This document shows, piece by piece, positions 19,041-28,199 of a stretch of DNA of 64,000 nt. The stretch covers positions 192,467 through 256,466 of the forward strand of contig JAQUPP010000001.1 in the NCBI GenBank assembly GCA_028716665.1, read 5' to 3'. The position numbers were made by a program, and so were the translations under genes. The notes below the pieces were generated by a model, which was not told the DNA's origin, searched no databases, and worked only from the letters and a program-made list of their open reading frames with translations. Numbering within the stretch: position 1 is the stretch's first letter; the number at the start of each line of letters is the position of its first letter. This DNA is from Patescibacteria group bacterium. Its GTDB lineage: Bacteria; Patescibacteriota; Patescibacteriia; UBA2591; JAQUPP01.

Positions 19041-19112
19041 GCCCCTGTAGCTCAACGGATAGAGTGTGGGTTTGCGGAACCCAAGATCCGCGTCCGATTC
19101 GCGGCGGGGGCA
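19041..19112 (+). tRNA. tRNA-Arg(GCG)
   Basis: tgggt-ttGCGga-accca; acceptor gcccctg/cgggggc; T-loop TCCGATT is non-canonical. Confidence 0.85.
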
Positions 19113-19277
19113 TTGAAAAAATGCATTATAGTTAGTGCGTTTTTTTATTTGATCCCGCATCTTTTGGCAATGGTATTTTTAAATGCAAAGTATTATCGCT
19201 AAAAGGTGCGGGATTGACAAAAACTGAAAAATTTGCTTGAATAATAACAGTTATTTAAAATAAAAAAGGAGGACAAA

Positions 19278-19757
19278 ATGGAAGAAAATAAGAGTAGTTT
19301 GGATGAATTTTTACGAAGACTGATAGCCAAAAGAGAAGGCATAGAGCCGGAAGAAGTTACCTGTAAAAAAATACGTGAATTACGGAAAAAACATAATTTT
19401 GTTATAATGAATTTTTTTCGATTACCGGCCATCAGGATTATAACCCCGAAAGAAGCAAAAATTATCGAGAAAAAATTTGATGATTTTATCAATGATTTTT
19501 CTTTCAATAAGGAAACGGGAAATTCCAAAGGAATAAAAAACATAGATGATTTGAAAAAAATTCTTGACAAGACAATGAGTAAAAAGGAAAAATTCAAATT
19601 GTTTCTTCGCCGATTGTTTATGGGCGAAAAAGCCACGAGATTTAAAAAGATTTCCCCTAAAGAAGAGAGAAAAATTATGGCAGAAGCATTTTTTGCGGCT
19701 CGCAAAAAAGGAGGGCTATCATCGGAATTAAGGGGCAAAAGATTTCATCAGAAATAA
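19278..19757 (+). CDS. Hypothetical basic protein
   Basis: TTGACA at 19214 and AGGAGG SD. Confidence 0.7.
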   Translation: MEENKSSLDEFLRRLIAKREGIEPEEVTCKKIRELRKKHNFVIMNFFRLPAIRIITPKEAKIIEKKFDDFINDFSFNKETGNSKGIKNIDDLKKILDKTMSKKEKFKLFLRRLFMGEKATRFKKISPKEERKIMAEAFFAARKKGGLSSELRGKRFHQK

Positions 19758-19768
19758 GGGAGGAAAAA

Positions 19769-20470
19769 ATGGCGAAAAAGTGTTTAGTGATTGACGGCGA
19801 CGAAACTCTTTGGTGGTCTCAATATATATACGAGATACTGAGAATTAAATGCCTGGAGATTATTTACGAAAATATCAAACCACGTACTATTCCGGTAGTA
19901 GAAACCATTCAATTTTTTGAAGATATTGACAAGGCGGCGATTAAAGTTTTGAAATTTTCCAAAGAAAGATTTCCGACTTGTTGGGTAAAAACTTACCAGG
20001 AAATTTGTTGGAAAATCGGTATTGACCCCAAGAAGGAAATTGAGAGTGAAATTTATAATATGGCAGCTAAATTCGGAAATGGGCCGTTTCCTCTAAAACC
20101 AGAAGTAGCTTCTACTCTGAAGACATTAAGAGAAAGAGGTTATTATATGGTTCTGCTGACTATCGGAGATTTGAAAATCCAAACAGGAAAGATTGCCGAG
20201 ACTGATACTGAAAAATATTTTGATGAAATTGAAATTGTTCCGGAAAGTAAGGTTGAAAAACTGAAATATTTAACGGATAAATTCGGCAAAAAAAATGTTT
20301 GGATGATTGGAGATTCATTGAAATCTGACATGGAGGCGGCTATTAAAGCGGGATGCCAGGCGATTCACGTCAAGGTTTTTGGCAATTGGCAGTATAATAG
20401 CAGTGAGATCGATTCAAATCTCTATACGGAAATCAGGGATTTTCAGGAACTATTAAAAATCTTTTCTTAA
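19769..20470 (+). CDS. HAD-superfamily hydrolase
   Basis: IDGDETLW, LLT.G, K, MIGDSLKSD motifs. Confidence 0.9.
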   Translation: MAKKCLVIDGDETLWWSQYIYEILRIKCLEIIYENIKPRTIPVVETIQFFEDIDKAAIKVLKFSKERFPTCWVKTYQEICWKIGIDPKKEIESEIYNMAAKFGNGPFPLKPEVASTLKTLRERGYYMVLLTIGDLKIQTGKIAETDTEKYFDEIEIVPESKVEKLKYLTDKFGKKNVWMIGDSLKSDMEAAIKAGCQAIHVKVFGNWQYNSSEIDSNLYTEIRDFQELLKIFS

Positions 20471-20515
20471 GCAAAAAAATAAAAAAGGGCGCTTTAATTC
20501 GCGCCCTTTATTTTT

Positions 20516-20932
20516 TTACTTATTTTTTGCTTCTATTAACTCTTTCAGTGTGCAACCCGGTTGAAGTCCGAAGTGCGTGGCCAACAGAACATTGGTATAA
20601 CTCTTTTTGGAAGTTATTTCAATCTCATCCACATTAATCAGAATAATCTTATTCTCTTTGATATGAGAAAGCATTCTTGCTTGAGCAAAGTCAAACAAAG
20701 ATCCTTCAGAGGTTGGGTTCCACCAGATATGAATTTCATCCGCCCATAAAATATCATTTATTTCATGATCAGTGACGATTCTTAATCCGACTTCGTCTTC
20801 TTGAGGAGTGTCTCTGAATGGACATCTGACAATATATCCCTTTTTCTCCAGATCCTCCACGTAATTCAAAATTCGTTCCTTTTCCTGGTCGGTTAATTTT
20901 CTGACCGGACAAATGATGTAGACATTTTTCAT
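20516..20932 (-). CDS. Nucleoside 2-deoxyribosyltransferase-like protein
   Basis: VYIICPV..PFRDT..ADEIHIWW..SEGSLFD; start reassigned to 20932. Confidence 0.55.
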   Translation of the reverse strand: MKNVYIICPVRKLTDQEKERILNYVEDLEKKGYIVRCPFRDTPQEDEVGLRIVTDHEINDILWADEIHIWWNPTSEGSLFDFAQARMLSHIKENKIILINVDEIEITSKKSYTNVLLATHFGLQPGCTLKELIEAKNK

Positions 20933-21078
20933 TTTTTCCCCCTTTCTATTTCTCTTTCTCTGTCCCAAACTATTTTTTGGCACTTATTGCATCTTAACTG
21001 TCCTTTTTCAGTTCTATAACATATTTCATTACTATCAATTCCTTCGTGACAAAAGTTACATTTGCAAACGTCTTTCAT
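20929..21078 (-). CDS. 49-aa Cys-rich putative zinc-finger protein (not in the ORF track)
   Basis: MKDVCKCNFCH...CNKCQK; AGGGGG SD; ATGA overlap with the next gene. Confidence 0.6.
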   Translation of the reverse strand: MKDVCKCNFCHEGIDSNEICYRTEKGQLRCNKCQKIVWDREREIERGKK

Positions 21079-21091
21079 TTTTTCCCCCTAT

Positions 21092-21535
21092 TTATTTCTT
21101 CAACCACACTGTACTCTTTTTTAAATTTATCAACAGCTGTTGATAATATTCTATTTTCTTGATATTTTGAGGCGTTCTTGCCTGTTTACGGATTAACTGC
21201 ATCTCTTCTAAATATATCTTAATCAAACACTCATCCATAGACTTAAACTTTGTGTCTATATTTGAATTGCAGGTGCAGTGATCTATATTATCATCTGAGT
21301 CTATATAATTAGACTCCATGTTCGGATTATCGGCCAGATTATTCTCTGAGACTGGATTCTTGGCTAAATTATTTTCTAAGACCGGATCATCGGATAGATT
21401 ATTTTGTGGGCCAGGATCGTATGGGTTTGGAATAAATGCTCTTGCAATCTCATCGGCAGTAAATAGTTCATTAGTATCACAAACTACTACGCCGCCCATA
21501 TTTCTGATTTTAATGTGTTCGTCAGTTTCGTTCAT
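21092..21535 (-). CDS. Hypothetical protein with three 10-aa NNL.D.P..E repeats
   Basis: GGAGG SD before ATG 21535; ATGA-coupled to the upstream ORF. Confidence 0.6.
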   Translation of the reverse strand: MNETDEHIKIRNMGGVVVCDTNELFTADEIARAFIPNPYDPGPQNNLSDDPVLENNLAKNPVSENNLADNPNMESNYIDSDDNIDHCTCNSNIDTKFKSMDECLIKIYLEEMQLIRKQARTPQNIKKIEYYQQLLINLKKSTVWLKK

Positions 21536-21849
21536 TTTGCCTCCCTTTCTTTTTTCATCATTTTCAATACTTCTTTTTTCCCTTGATCTGAAATTAATCC
21601 TTTCAGCCAAATCCATCCTTCTTTCGAAAAACCATGATTTAAAGGATATGGGCCGTGGCTGCCAACTTGTCTGCCGGGTTTTAAATTTCCTTTCCAATCA
21701 TAAGCTCCATCTTCGTTACCTTCTGCCTCGGCAATAAGTCCTCGGAACATTGCCACGATGGGACTAATTACTAAAAATATTATAGCAGCAATGGGAGCGA
21801 GAATTGGAATTATAATATCCAAACCGGTTTTGCGTAAAATTGGTTTCAT
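21532..21849 (-). CDS. Hypothetical membrane protein
   Basis: AGGAGG SD, TTGACA promoter, N-terminal TM. Confidence 0.65.
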   Translation of the reverse strand: MKPILRKTGLDIIIPILAPIAAIIFLVISPIVAMFRGLIAEAEGNEDGAYDWKGNLKPGRQVGSHGPYPLNHGFSKEGWIWLKGLISDQGKKEVLKMMKKEREAK

Positions 21850-21921
21850 TTTTTGCCTCCTTTTTAAGGTACTTTTTTGTTCAATTATTATTATTTAAGC
21901 AAATTTTTTGCTTTTTGTCAA

Positions 21922-22042
21922 CCCCCTCACTTAGAACACTGATAAACACTCGGTTTTATGTTTATCAAGTTTTTAAATTTAATATTTAATATAAATAAAT
22001 AGACTTTGTGTTTTAAAAATACATCAGTGTTTAGTGAGGGGG
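21922..22042. mobile_element. MITE-like element (121 bp) abutting a -35 box
   Basis: TIRs ccccctcacttagaacactgat / atcagtgtttagtgaggggg; TCAA duplicated at 21918-21921 and 22043-22046. Confidence 0.8.
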
Positions 22043-22071
22043 TCAACCCCTTAATTTAAAAAGGATAGTTT

Positions 22072-22335
22072 TTAACTGTCCTTTATTTTTTTTACGGAAT
22101 TTGTTGGAATCCAGATAAGCCAGATAATTATTACGGGTACGAATACTATCACCACTGCATCAATTAAGAAAATTACTACTCCTTTAAAAAGAAAAATTAC
22201 AAAGTCTTTAAATAATCCATTTGAACTAAATCCACAATTCATGGCACATATCCCCCAAAATCCTCCTCCTAATAAGAGCATAAAGAGAATCCAGACGCCT
22301 AAAACTTTTTCAAGTTTATCATTCCATTTTAACAT
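22072..22335 (-). CDS. Small 2-TM protein
   Basis: Own promoter and SD; hydrophobic. Confidence 0.6.
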   Translation of the reverse strand: MLKWNDKLEKVLGVWILFMLLLGGGFWGICAMNCGFSSNGLFKDFVIFLFKGVVIFLIDAVVIVFVPVIIIWLIWIPTNSVKKIKDS

Positions 22336-22448
22336 AATTTCCCCCTTTTTAGAAAACTATATAAATAATAACAAATTTTTTACATTTTGTCAACCCCTAA
22401 ATTTAAATAAAAAAACAGAGGAGTCTTTTTTAAGACTCCTCTTATATT

Positions 22449-23438
22449 TCAAAAATTGTTTGCTAATTCTAACTGTATGGTGTCATATTTATCCAAATAA
22501 TTCTGACAGGCCGGGCCGATTACTTCCACCACCCCGGAGTGATACATCTCTACCAATTTTTTTTCTTGATAATTGCCATTCAAATATTCCAGGTTCGCGT
22601 CGCAGAGCAGAATCATAGCCTTAACAGCCGTGGTGTGATTTAATATTCCCGCAAAAAAATTACTTGGTAATTCAGCATCAGGATATTTCCGTCTCAGCAT
22701 GTGATATGTTGAGGGCAACATCTGGACTAAAGCAAAAGCATTTTGTTTGCTTTTGGTATTGGCAAAAGCATTTTCTTCGTTTGCTCCCAAAAAAACAGAT
22801 GTTTTTTTGGTATCTCCAAACCATGCCTGTTCGGTGAAAATTAGATTGAGAGGCAAATTAGTCGGAACCATTTGAACAACCAGTTTATTTGTGTCCGCTC
22901 GGGATTTTACTCCCTGCTCTTCTAATTGTTCATAGACTCGGTCAACCAGATCTCCCAAGTATTTTTTACCGACTTCTTCCAAATCAGGAGAATCAATTGA
23001 CATTGAAAATGGAGTCCAAATGAAATTCTGGATTTTCTTACCGACCAGAGTTCTGTTTTTTACCGCCAACAATTGATAATTGGAAGTGGCAAAAAGCGCG
23101 TTCGGTCCGACAATGGTTATAACCGGAATTCCTTTGTTTTTATCAACCGGTTTCAATATTTTCCCGTCTCTCTTCATTTTAAAAACTTTTATTCCGTCTT
23201 TTTTTACAGTGTCATAAACAGCGATGTAATAGATTAATCGACTATCACAGATGTAAATGCTGTCAGACAACATTGCTCTGCCTTTATGAATTCTGGCAAT
23301 CAAAGAGCAGGTAAGGGCTTCTTTTGCTTTTCTGGCTCTTGTAAAGCCGTCAAGCCATTTTAAACCCTTCCAGCAGCCCATTATTCCCAGTCCGCAAAAA
23401 ATGCAGATAATTAAAGTTATACCCCATATTTTTTTCAT
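22449..23438 (-). CDS. Membrane-anchored protein with lytic transglycosylase (SLT/lysozyme-like) domain
   Basis: FTEQ (putative catalytic E), SKQNAFALVQMLPSTY, MYHSG resemble SLT motifs I-III. Confidence 0.6.
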   Translation of the reverse strand: MKKIWGITLIICIFCGLGIMGCWKGLKWLDGFTRARKAKEALTCSLIARIHKGRAMLSDSIYICDSRLIYYIAVYDTVKKDGIKVFKMKRDGKILKPVDKNKGIPVITIVGPNALFATSNYQLLAVKNRTLVGKKIQNFIWTPFSMSIDSPDLEEVGKKYLGDLVDRVYEQLEEQGVKSRADTNKLVVQMVPTNLPLNLIFTEQAWFGDTKKTSVFLGANEENAFANTKSKQNAFALVQMLPSTYHMLRRKYPDAELPSNFFAGILNHTTAVKAMILLCDANLEYLNGNYQEKKLVEMYHSGVVEVIGPACQNYLDKYDTIQLELANNF

Positions 23439-23572
23439 TTTTCCTCCTATTTGGTTTTAAATGAACTGATTTTTATTTTTGTATTATTATTTTAGCATAT
23501 TTTTTGATTTTTGTCAAGACCCAAAAATAAAAAGAGCGGTTTTTTTAACCGCTCTTTATTTTTTTTATTTAG

Positions 23573-24304
23573 TTACCGATATTTTCTTTTACTTCTATAG
23601 TAATCTCCATCCTCCAGATAGAACCCTTTAGAAAAAGAGAAATAAAACAGCTCCGGAATAAGCCAGGCAAAAAATCCGCAGATAATACAGAAGGTTATAA
23701 CCAGCTTCCAATTGGTATCCATGGTTATAATCAGCCATTTTCTTTCTTCATCCAACTTAATGTTTTTGACTCTTTGAAGAAAGCTCTTTGGAATCATTTG
23801 CGTGGAAGAAAACCATTCATTCTTTTCTTTAGATGATCCTGATTCGTCGTTATATTGCCCCGAATAGTTAAGGCAAATATTGCCGCTTTTTTTCGGGAAA
23901 GTTGCGAAAATCCTTACTTCTTTATAAGGCAACGCGAACCAATTGGTCAAACAATTTGGATTGTCCGGGCAGGGGTGGGTGTCATTTATGGTTATCTTGT
24001 CAGTTTGGACGCCATTTAAGAAAATATTCTTAGTTCCGCGATTATTCGCTGTTATCAAACAGAATATAAAGATTGCCGCTGTCGCATACACGATTATTCG
24101 AAGGGAACTTGTCTCTACCCAATCCGTGAATCCGGTTTTTGTTTTTTGACCATGGATTTTTATCTTTTCTTCTATCAGCGATTTTATTTTTTCCGGTGTC
24201 GCCGCTGTTCTTTCCAAAACAACCATTTTTTCAGCGGTTGTTTTCTTTGATTGAGGAATTTCATTTTTTATTCCTCTTTCTTTTCTTTTCTTTGATGGTG
24301 ACAT
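23573..24304 (-). CDS. Hypothetical 2-TM protein
   Basis: AGGAGGT SD, own promoter and terminator. Confidence 0.65.
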   Translation of the reverse strand: MSPSKKRKERGIKNEIPQSKKTTAEKMVVLERTAATPEKIKSLIEEKIKIHGQKTKTGFTDWVETSSLRIIVYATAAIFIFCLITANNRGTKNIFLNGVQTDKITINDTHPCPDNPNCLTNWFALPYKEVRIFATFPKKSGNICLNYSGQYNDESGSSKEKNEWFSSTQMIPKSFLQRVKNIKLDEERKWLIITMDTNWKLVITFCIICGFFAWLIPELFYFSFSKGFYLEDGDYYRSKRKYR

Positions 24305-24418
24305 AACCACCTCCTTGTAAAGAACTTTCGAGAATTAACTTAATTTAAATTTAACCAGATTTTTCGAATCTTGTCAACCCCCTTGAAAAATGTATGATTA
24401 GTGCTATAATTTTTTGGT

Positions 24419-25369
24419 ATGTTAGAGATTATCGGTCACCAAAAGATTGTGAATTTTTTAAAAAAGAGTATTTCGGGCAATAATTTGGCCCATACTTATT
24501 TATTTTATGGGCCGTCCCATATCGGCAAGACCAAGGTGGCTGAATTTTTTGCCACCAGCTTAATTTGTCAAAATCCGAAATCAGGAAATCCTTGCGGCGA
24601 GTGTCAAAATTGTCTTCAAATTCAAAAACGAATTCATCCGGATGTTTATTGGGTTGTTAATCAGGAAAATAAAAGCCAGATCAGTATTGAACAAATTCGC
24701 CAACTTAAAGAAAATTTGTCCTTAGAGCCCTTTTGCGCTCCTTATAAAGTTGCTATAATAGAAGAAGCGGATAATTTGACCATTCAGGCGGCAAACTCAT
24801 TTTTGAAATTACTTGAAGAATCAGCATCTAAAACGGTTATTATTTTAATCGCCAAAAGTTTTCGCAATATTCCCTTAACCATCAGGTCTCGATCGCAAAT
24901 TATCAGATTTTCTTTCCCGAAAAAGACGGAAATTATTTCCAGTTTAACCAAAGATTTTAAGTTAAGCGACAAAGAAGCGGAAAATATTTTTAATTTAAGC
25001 TTGGGTCGGCCGGGTTCGGCCATGGAATTGGTTTCCGATCCTCAAAAAATCAAAGAATATCAAAAATTTCAAGCAGTAATATTGAACGAATTGGCCAAGA
25101 ATAATTTTCTCAGCAGGTTTGAAATAGCCGATTTGTTGAGCGATTCAAGCTCTTTAAGCAATTTATTGAAAGTAATAAGAGATTTGATTCTTTTTAAATT
25201 GGGTATTCCGACATCTTCCGATTTAACGCCTGTTTTAACAAAAGTTTCCAAGATTTATTCCATGGAAAGATTGGTCAAATTCACTTCGGAGATTTTAAAA
25301 ACACAGATGATGCTGCGCCAAAATGTCAGTTTTAAAATAGCAATTGAAAATTTATTAATTAATTTATAA
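24419..25369 (+). CDS. holB: DNA polymerase III delta' subunit
   Basis: GPSHIGKT, CGECQNC, HPD, AANSFLKLLEE, TIRSRSQ. Confidence 0.92.
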   Translation: MLEIIGHQKIVNFLKKSISGNNLAHTYLFYGPSHIGKTKVAEFFATSLICQNPKSGNPCGECQNCLQIQKRIHPDVYWVVNQENKSQISIEQIRQLKENLSLEPFCAPYKVAIIEEADNLTIQAANSFLKLLEESASKTVIILIAKSFRNIPLTIRSRSQIIRFSFPKKTEIISSLTKDFKLSDKEAENIFNLSLGRPGSAMELVSDPQKIKEYQKFQAVILNELAKNNFLSRFEIADLLSDSSSLSNLLKVIRDLILFKLGIPTSSDLTPVLTKVSKIYSMERLVKFTSEILKTQMMLRQNVSFKIAIENLLINL

Positions 25370-25377
25370 ATTTATTT

Positions 25378-26460
25378 ATGAAACGCAAGAATTTTTTATT
25401 CCTAATCGTCCTAATTTTTATTTTAGGAATGACTAGCGGATGTCTTAATATAAATTTTGCGACTCCAAAAGCCAATAGTGGAATTTTCAAATCCGTAAAT
25501 CGAGCCGAATCTTGGCAGCAAAAAGTCGGCTTGCTTGTTTTAAGCACGGCCAAAAAAGATCCGAAAGTTATGACGGATTTGGACGCCGTGGATGTTTCCG
25601 CCATGGTTCTTGATCCGCAAGACAGCAATACTTTATATTTAGGAACCAAGGGGAGTGGGCTTTTCGTCAGTTATGATAACGCGGAAACTTGGCAAAAATA
25701 TTCTAAATTGCCGAGCGGAAAAATAAATGCCATTGCCGTTCATCCAAAATTAAAAAATGTAGTTTATACGGCCATTGGCAATCGTATTTTTAAAAGTCTT
25801 GATTGCTGTCGTACATGGGAAAATGTTTATTTGGAAGCAGCCGGAGGAGTGCAAATTAACGCTTTGGCTGTTGATCCGGAAACCAATACCAGAATTTATG
25901 CCGGTCTTTCCGATGGCCGACTGATAAGAAGCGAAGACGACGGTTTAAGCTGGCAAACTTTTGTTGATCTCAAAGGAGGTATTAAGCAGATTTTAATCAA
26001 TCCTAATAATCCGCAAATAATTTACGCCACCACTTCAGGACAAGGAATCATGCGCACGGAAGATAAAGGAATCAAATGGGTTTCTTTGGATGAATCTTTA
26101 AAAGATTTTAAAAATGGCCGAGATGTTAATAAAATAATTTTTGACCCGAGAAGAGCGGATGGAATAATCACCGCCAGCAATTACGGTTTGTTAAGAAGCG
26201 AGGACGGCGGAAAAACTTGGGTTGATTATAAATTATTGCCCAAACAGGGCCAGGCAAGCATTCTTTCTTTCGCCATCAATCCGCAAAATCCGAATAATAT
26301 TTATTATATTACCGCCAACACTCTTCAAAAATCAGCGGATGACGGAAAAACTTGGGTGACAAAATCTTTGCCGAGCGGACAGATCCCGGTTGAATTATTA
26401 GTTGATCCGAACAATCCGAATATTTTATATTTGGGAGAAGTTCAAAAACCTAAAAAGTAA
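25378..26460 (+). CDS. Lipoprotein with BNR/YCF48-like beta-propeller repeats
   Basis: Lipobox TSGC; repeated S.D.G.TW Asp-boxes. Confidence 0.85.
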   Translation: MKRKNFLFLIVLIFILGMTSGCLNINFATPKANSGIFKSVNRAESWQQKVGLLVLSTAKKDPKVMTDLDAVDVSAMVLDPQDSNTLYLGTKGSGLFVSYDNAETWQKYSKLPSGKINAIAVHPKLKNVVYTAIGNRIFKSLDCCRTWENVYLEAAGGVQINALAVDPETNTRIYAGLSDGRLIRSEDDGLSWQTFVDLKGGIKQILINPNNPQIIYATTSGQGIMRTEDKGIKWVSLDESLKDFKNGRDVNKIIFDPRRADGIITASNYGLLRSEDGGKTWVDYKLLPKQGQASILSFAINPQNPNNIYYITANTLQKSADDGKTWVTKSLPSGQIPVELLVDPNNPNILYLGEVQKPKK

Positions 26461-26478
26461 CATTAATTATTTAAAACT

Positions 26479-27030
26479 ATGAATATTATTGAATCTCACA
26501 AACAAGAATTTGAGAATATCGTCGAATTTTTTAAGAAAGATATTCAAGGCATCAGAACCAATCGCGCCACTCCGGACTTGGTTTCTCATGTTTTGGTTTC
26601 CGTTTATGGAGCAAAAACTCCGCTTGAACAATTAGCCAGTGTTAATGTTCCGGAACCGCGAACCATTGTTATCCAACCTTGGGACAAGAGCATTATTAAA
26701 GAAATTGAAAAAGCGTTAAGTTCGGTGGATTTGGGAGCGAGTCCGTCATCCAAAGAAGGAATTGTTCGCCTGGTTCTACCGGCTTTAAGTGAAGAAACGA
26801 GAAATAATTTGGTTAAAATTTTAAAAACCAAATTGGAACACTCTCATCAATCATTAAGGACAATTCGAGATTTAGTCAGAGAAAAAATCATTAAATCAGA
26901 AAGAGCGAAAGAAATGTCAGAAGATGATAAGTTCCGTTTATTGGAAGAATTGGATAAATTCAGTGTTGCCAAGCAAGAGGAAATGAAATTAATTTGTGAA
27001 CGTAAAGAAAAAGAAATTACCAGTATTTAA
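26479..27030 (+). CDS. frr: Ribosome recycling factor
   Basis: IRTNRATP, YG..TPL.QLA, IQPWD, LSEETR. Confidence 0.95.
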   Translation: MNIIESHKQEFENIVEFFKKDIQGIRTNRATPDLVSHVLVSVYGAKTPLEQLASVNVPEPRTIVIQPWDKSIIKEIEKALSSVDLGASPSSKEGIVRLVLPALSEETRNNLVKILKTKLEHSHQSLRTIRDLVREKIIKSERAKEMSEDDKFRLLEELDKFSVAKQEEMKLICERKEKEITSI

Positions 27031-27032
27031 TC

Positions 27033-28193
27033 ATGTCTATTCTTTTAACCATTATTGGCTTGAGTATTGTCATATTTTTCCATGAATTCGGGCATTTTAT
27101 TTTTGCCCGCATTTTTGGCGTCAGGGTTGAAGAATTCGGTTTTGGTTATCCGCCCAGAATGTTCGGTTGGATAAAAACTGATAAAAATAAATGGAATTTT
27201 AAATTTTTTTGGAATAAAAATATTCCCAAAGAAGCGGACAAAAAAACCATTTATTCTGTTAATTGGATTCCTTTCGGAGGATTTAATAAATTAAAAGGAG
27301 AAATGGGTGGCCAGGAGAAAGATGATTGGGGGGCACAAAAGTGGTGGAAAAAGGTTTTAATCGGAGCGGGCGGCGTTTGCATGAATTTTATTTTGGCGAT
27401 CATTTTATTTTCTTTTTGTTTCTCTGCCGGCATACCGCAGGCAGTCGAGCAAACGACCGGGGGAGGAAAAATTAAGGAAATTATCGGCATCCAAATAAGC
27501 ATGGTCAGTCCCAATTCGTCTGCTGAAAAAGCCGGTATTAAAATAGGAGATGTGGTTCTTAGTATTGACGGACAAGAAATTAAAACAGTGGAAGGCCTTC
27601 AAAACTATATTAAACCGAAAGTCAATCAAACGGTTAAAATAAAAATAAAACGCAATTTGCAAATTATTGAAAAAGAAGTTAATGTTCTGCCGGCCAGTCA
27701 AAACTTTCAAGATATAGAAGAATCTTATGGCGTGATCGGCGTGGGATTGGCCAATATTGCCATTGTTTCTTATCCTTGGTATCAATCGATTTATGAAGGT
27801 TTTAAAACAACTTTTTTATTGATCGGACAATGGTGTTATTCTCTTTATTTGATTTTTAAAACTTTAATAATCAAGCACCATATGATTGGCCAGTTTGTCG
27901 GTCCGGTTGGATTGGCGGCAATGGGTGGAGAAGTAGCCAGGGTTGGTTTTATTTATTTGGTTCAATTTTTAGCCATTATTTCCGTAGCCATAGGCGTCTC
28001 GCAGTTTATTCCTATTCCCGGTCTTGACGGTTCACGCATTCTTTTCGCCTTTATAGAAGGAATCAGAAAAAAACCGATTAAACAAGAAACGGAAAATTTT
28101 ATTTTAACCATTGGTTTTTATTTATTATTAGTTTTGGCTGTTTTGCTTACCTATCAAGATTTAGCGCATTTATTCAGTAAGTTTTTCAAATAA
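27033..28193 (+). CDS. rseP: Site-2 protease RseP (M50, PDZ)
   Basis: HEFGH, PFGGF, PDZ domain, PIPGLDG. Confidence 0.92.
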   Translation: MSILLTIIGLSIVIFFHEFGHFIFARIFGVRVEEFGFGYPPRMFGWIKTDKNKWNFKFFWNKNIPKEADKKTIYSVNWIPFGGFNKLKGEMGGQEKDDWGAQKWWKKVLIGAGGVCMNFILAIILFSFCFSAGIPQAVEQTTGGGKIKEIIGIQISMVSPNSSAEKAGIKIGDVVLSIDGQEIKTVEGLQNYIKPKVNQTVKIKIKRNLQIIEKEVNVLPASQNFQDIEESYGVIGVGLANIAIVSYPWYQSIYEGFKTTFLLIGQWCYSLYLIFKTLIIKHHMIGQFVGPVGLAAMGGEVARVGFIYLVQFLAIISVAIGVSQFIPIPGLDGSRILFAFIEGIRKKPIKQETENFILTIGFYLLLVLAVLLTYQDLAHLFSKFFK

Positions 28194-28199
28194 TTTTTT

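Noticed and set aside
18600-19055. Three gcccctgtagctcaa repeats as a CRISPR array
   Set aside because: The repeat is the tRNA-Arg 5' end, spacing is irregular, and there are no cas genes.
19199-19738. 179-aa minus ORF and other short ORFs overlapping long genes
   Set aside because: Antisense or alternate-frame shadows of ORFs that have promoter/SD or family support.
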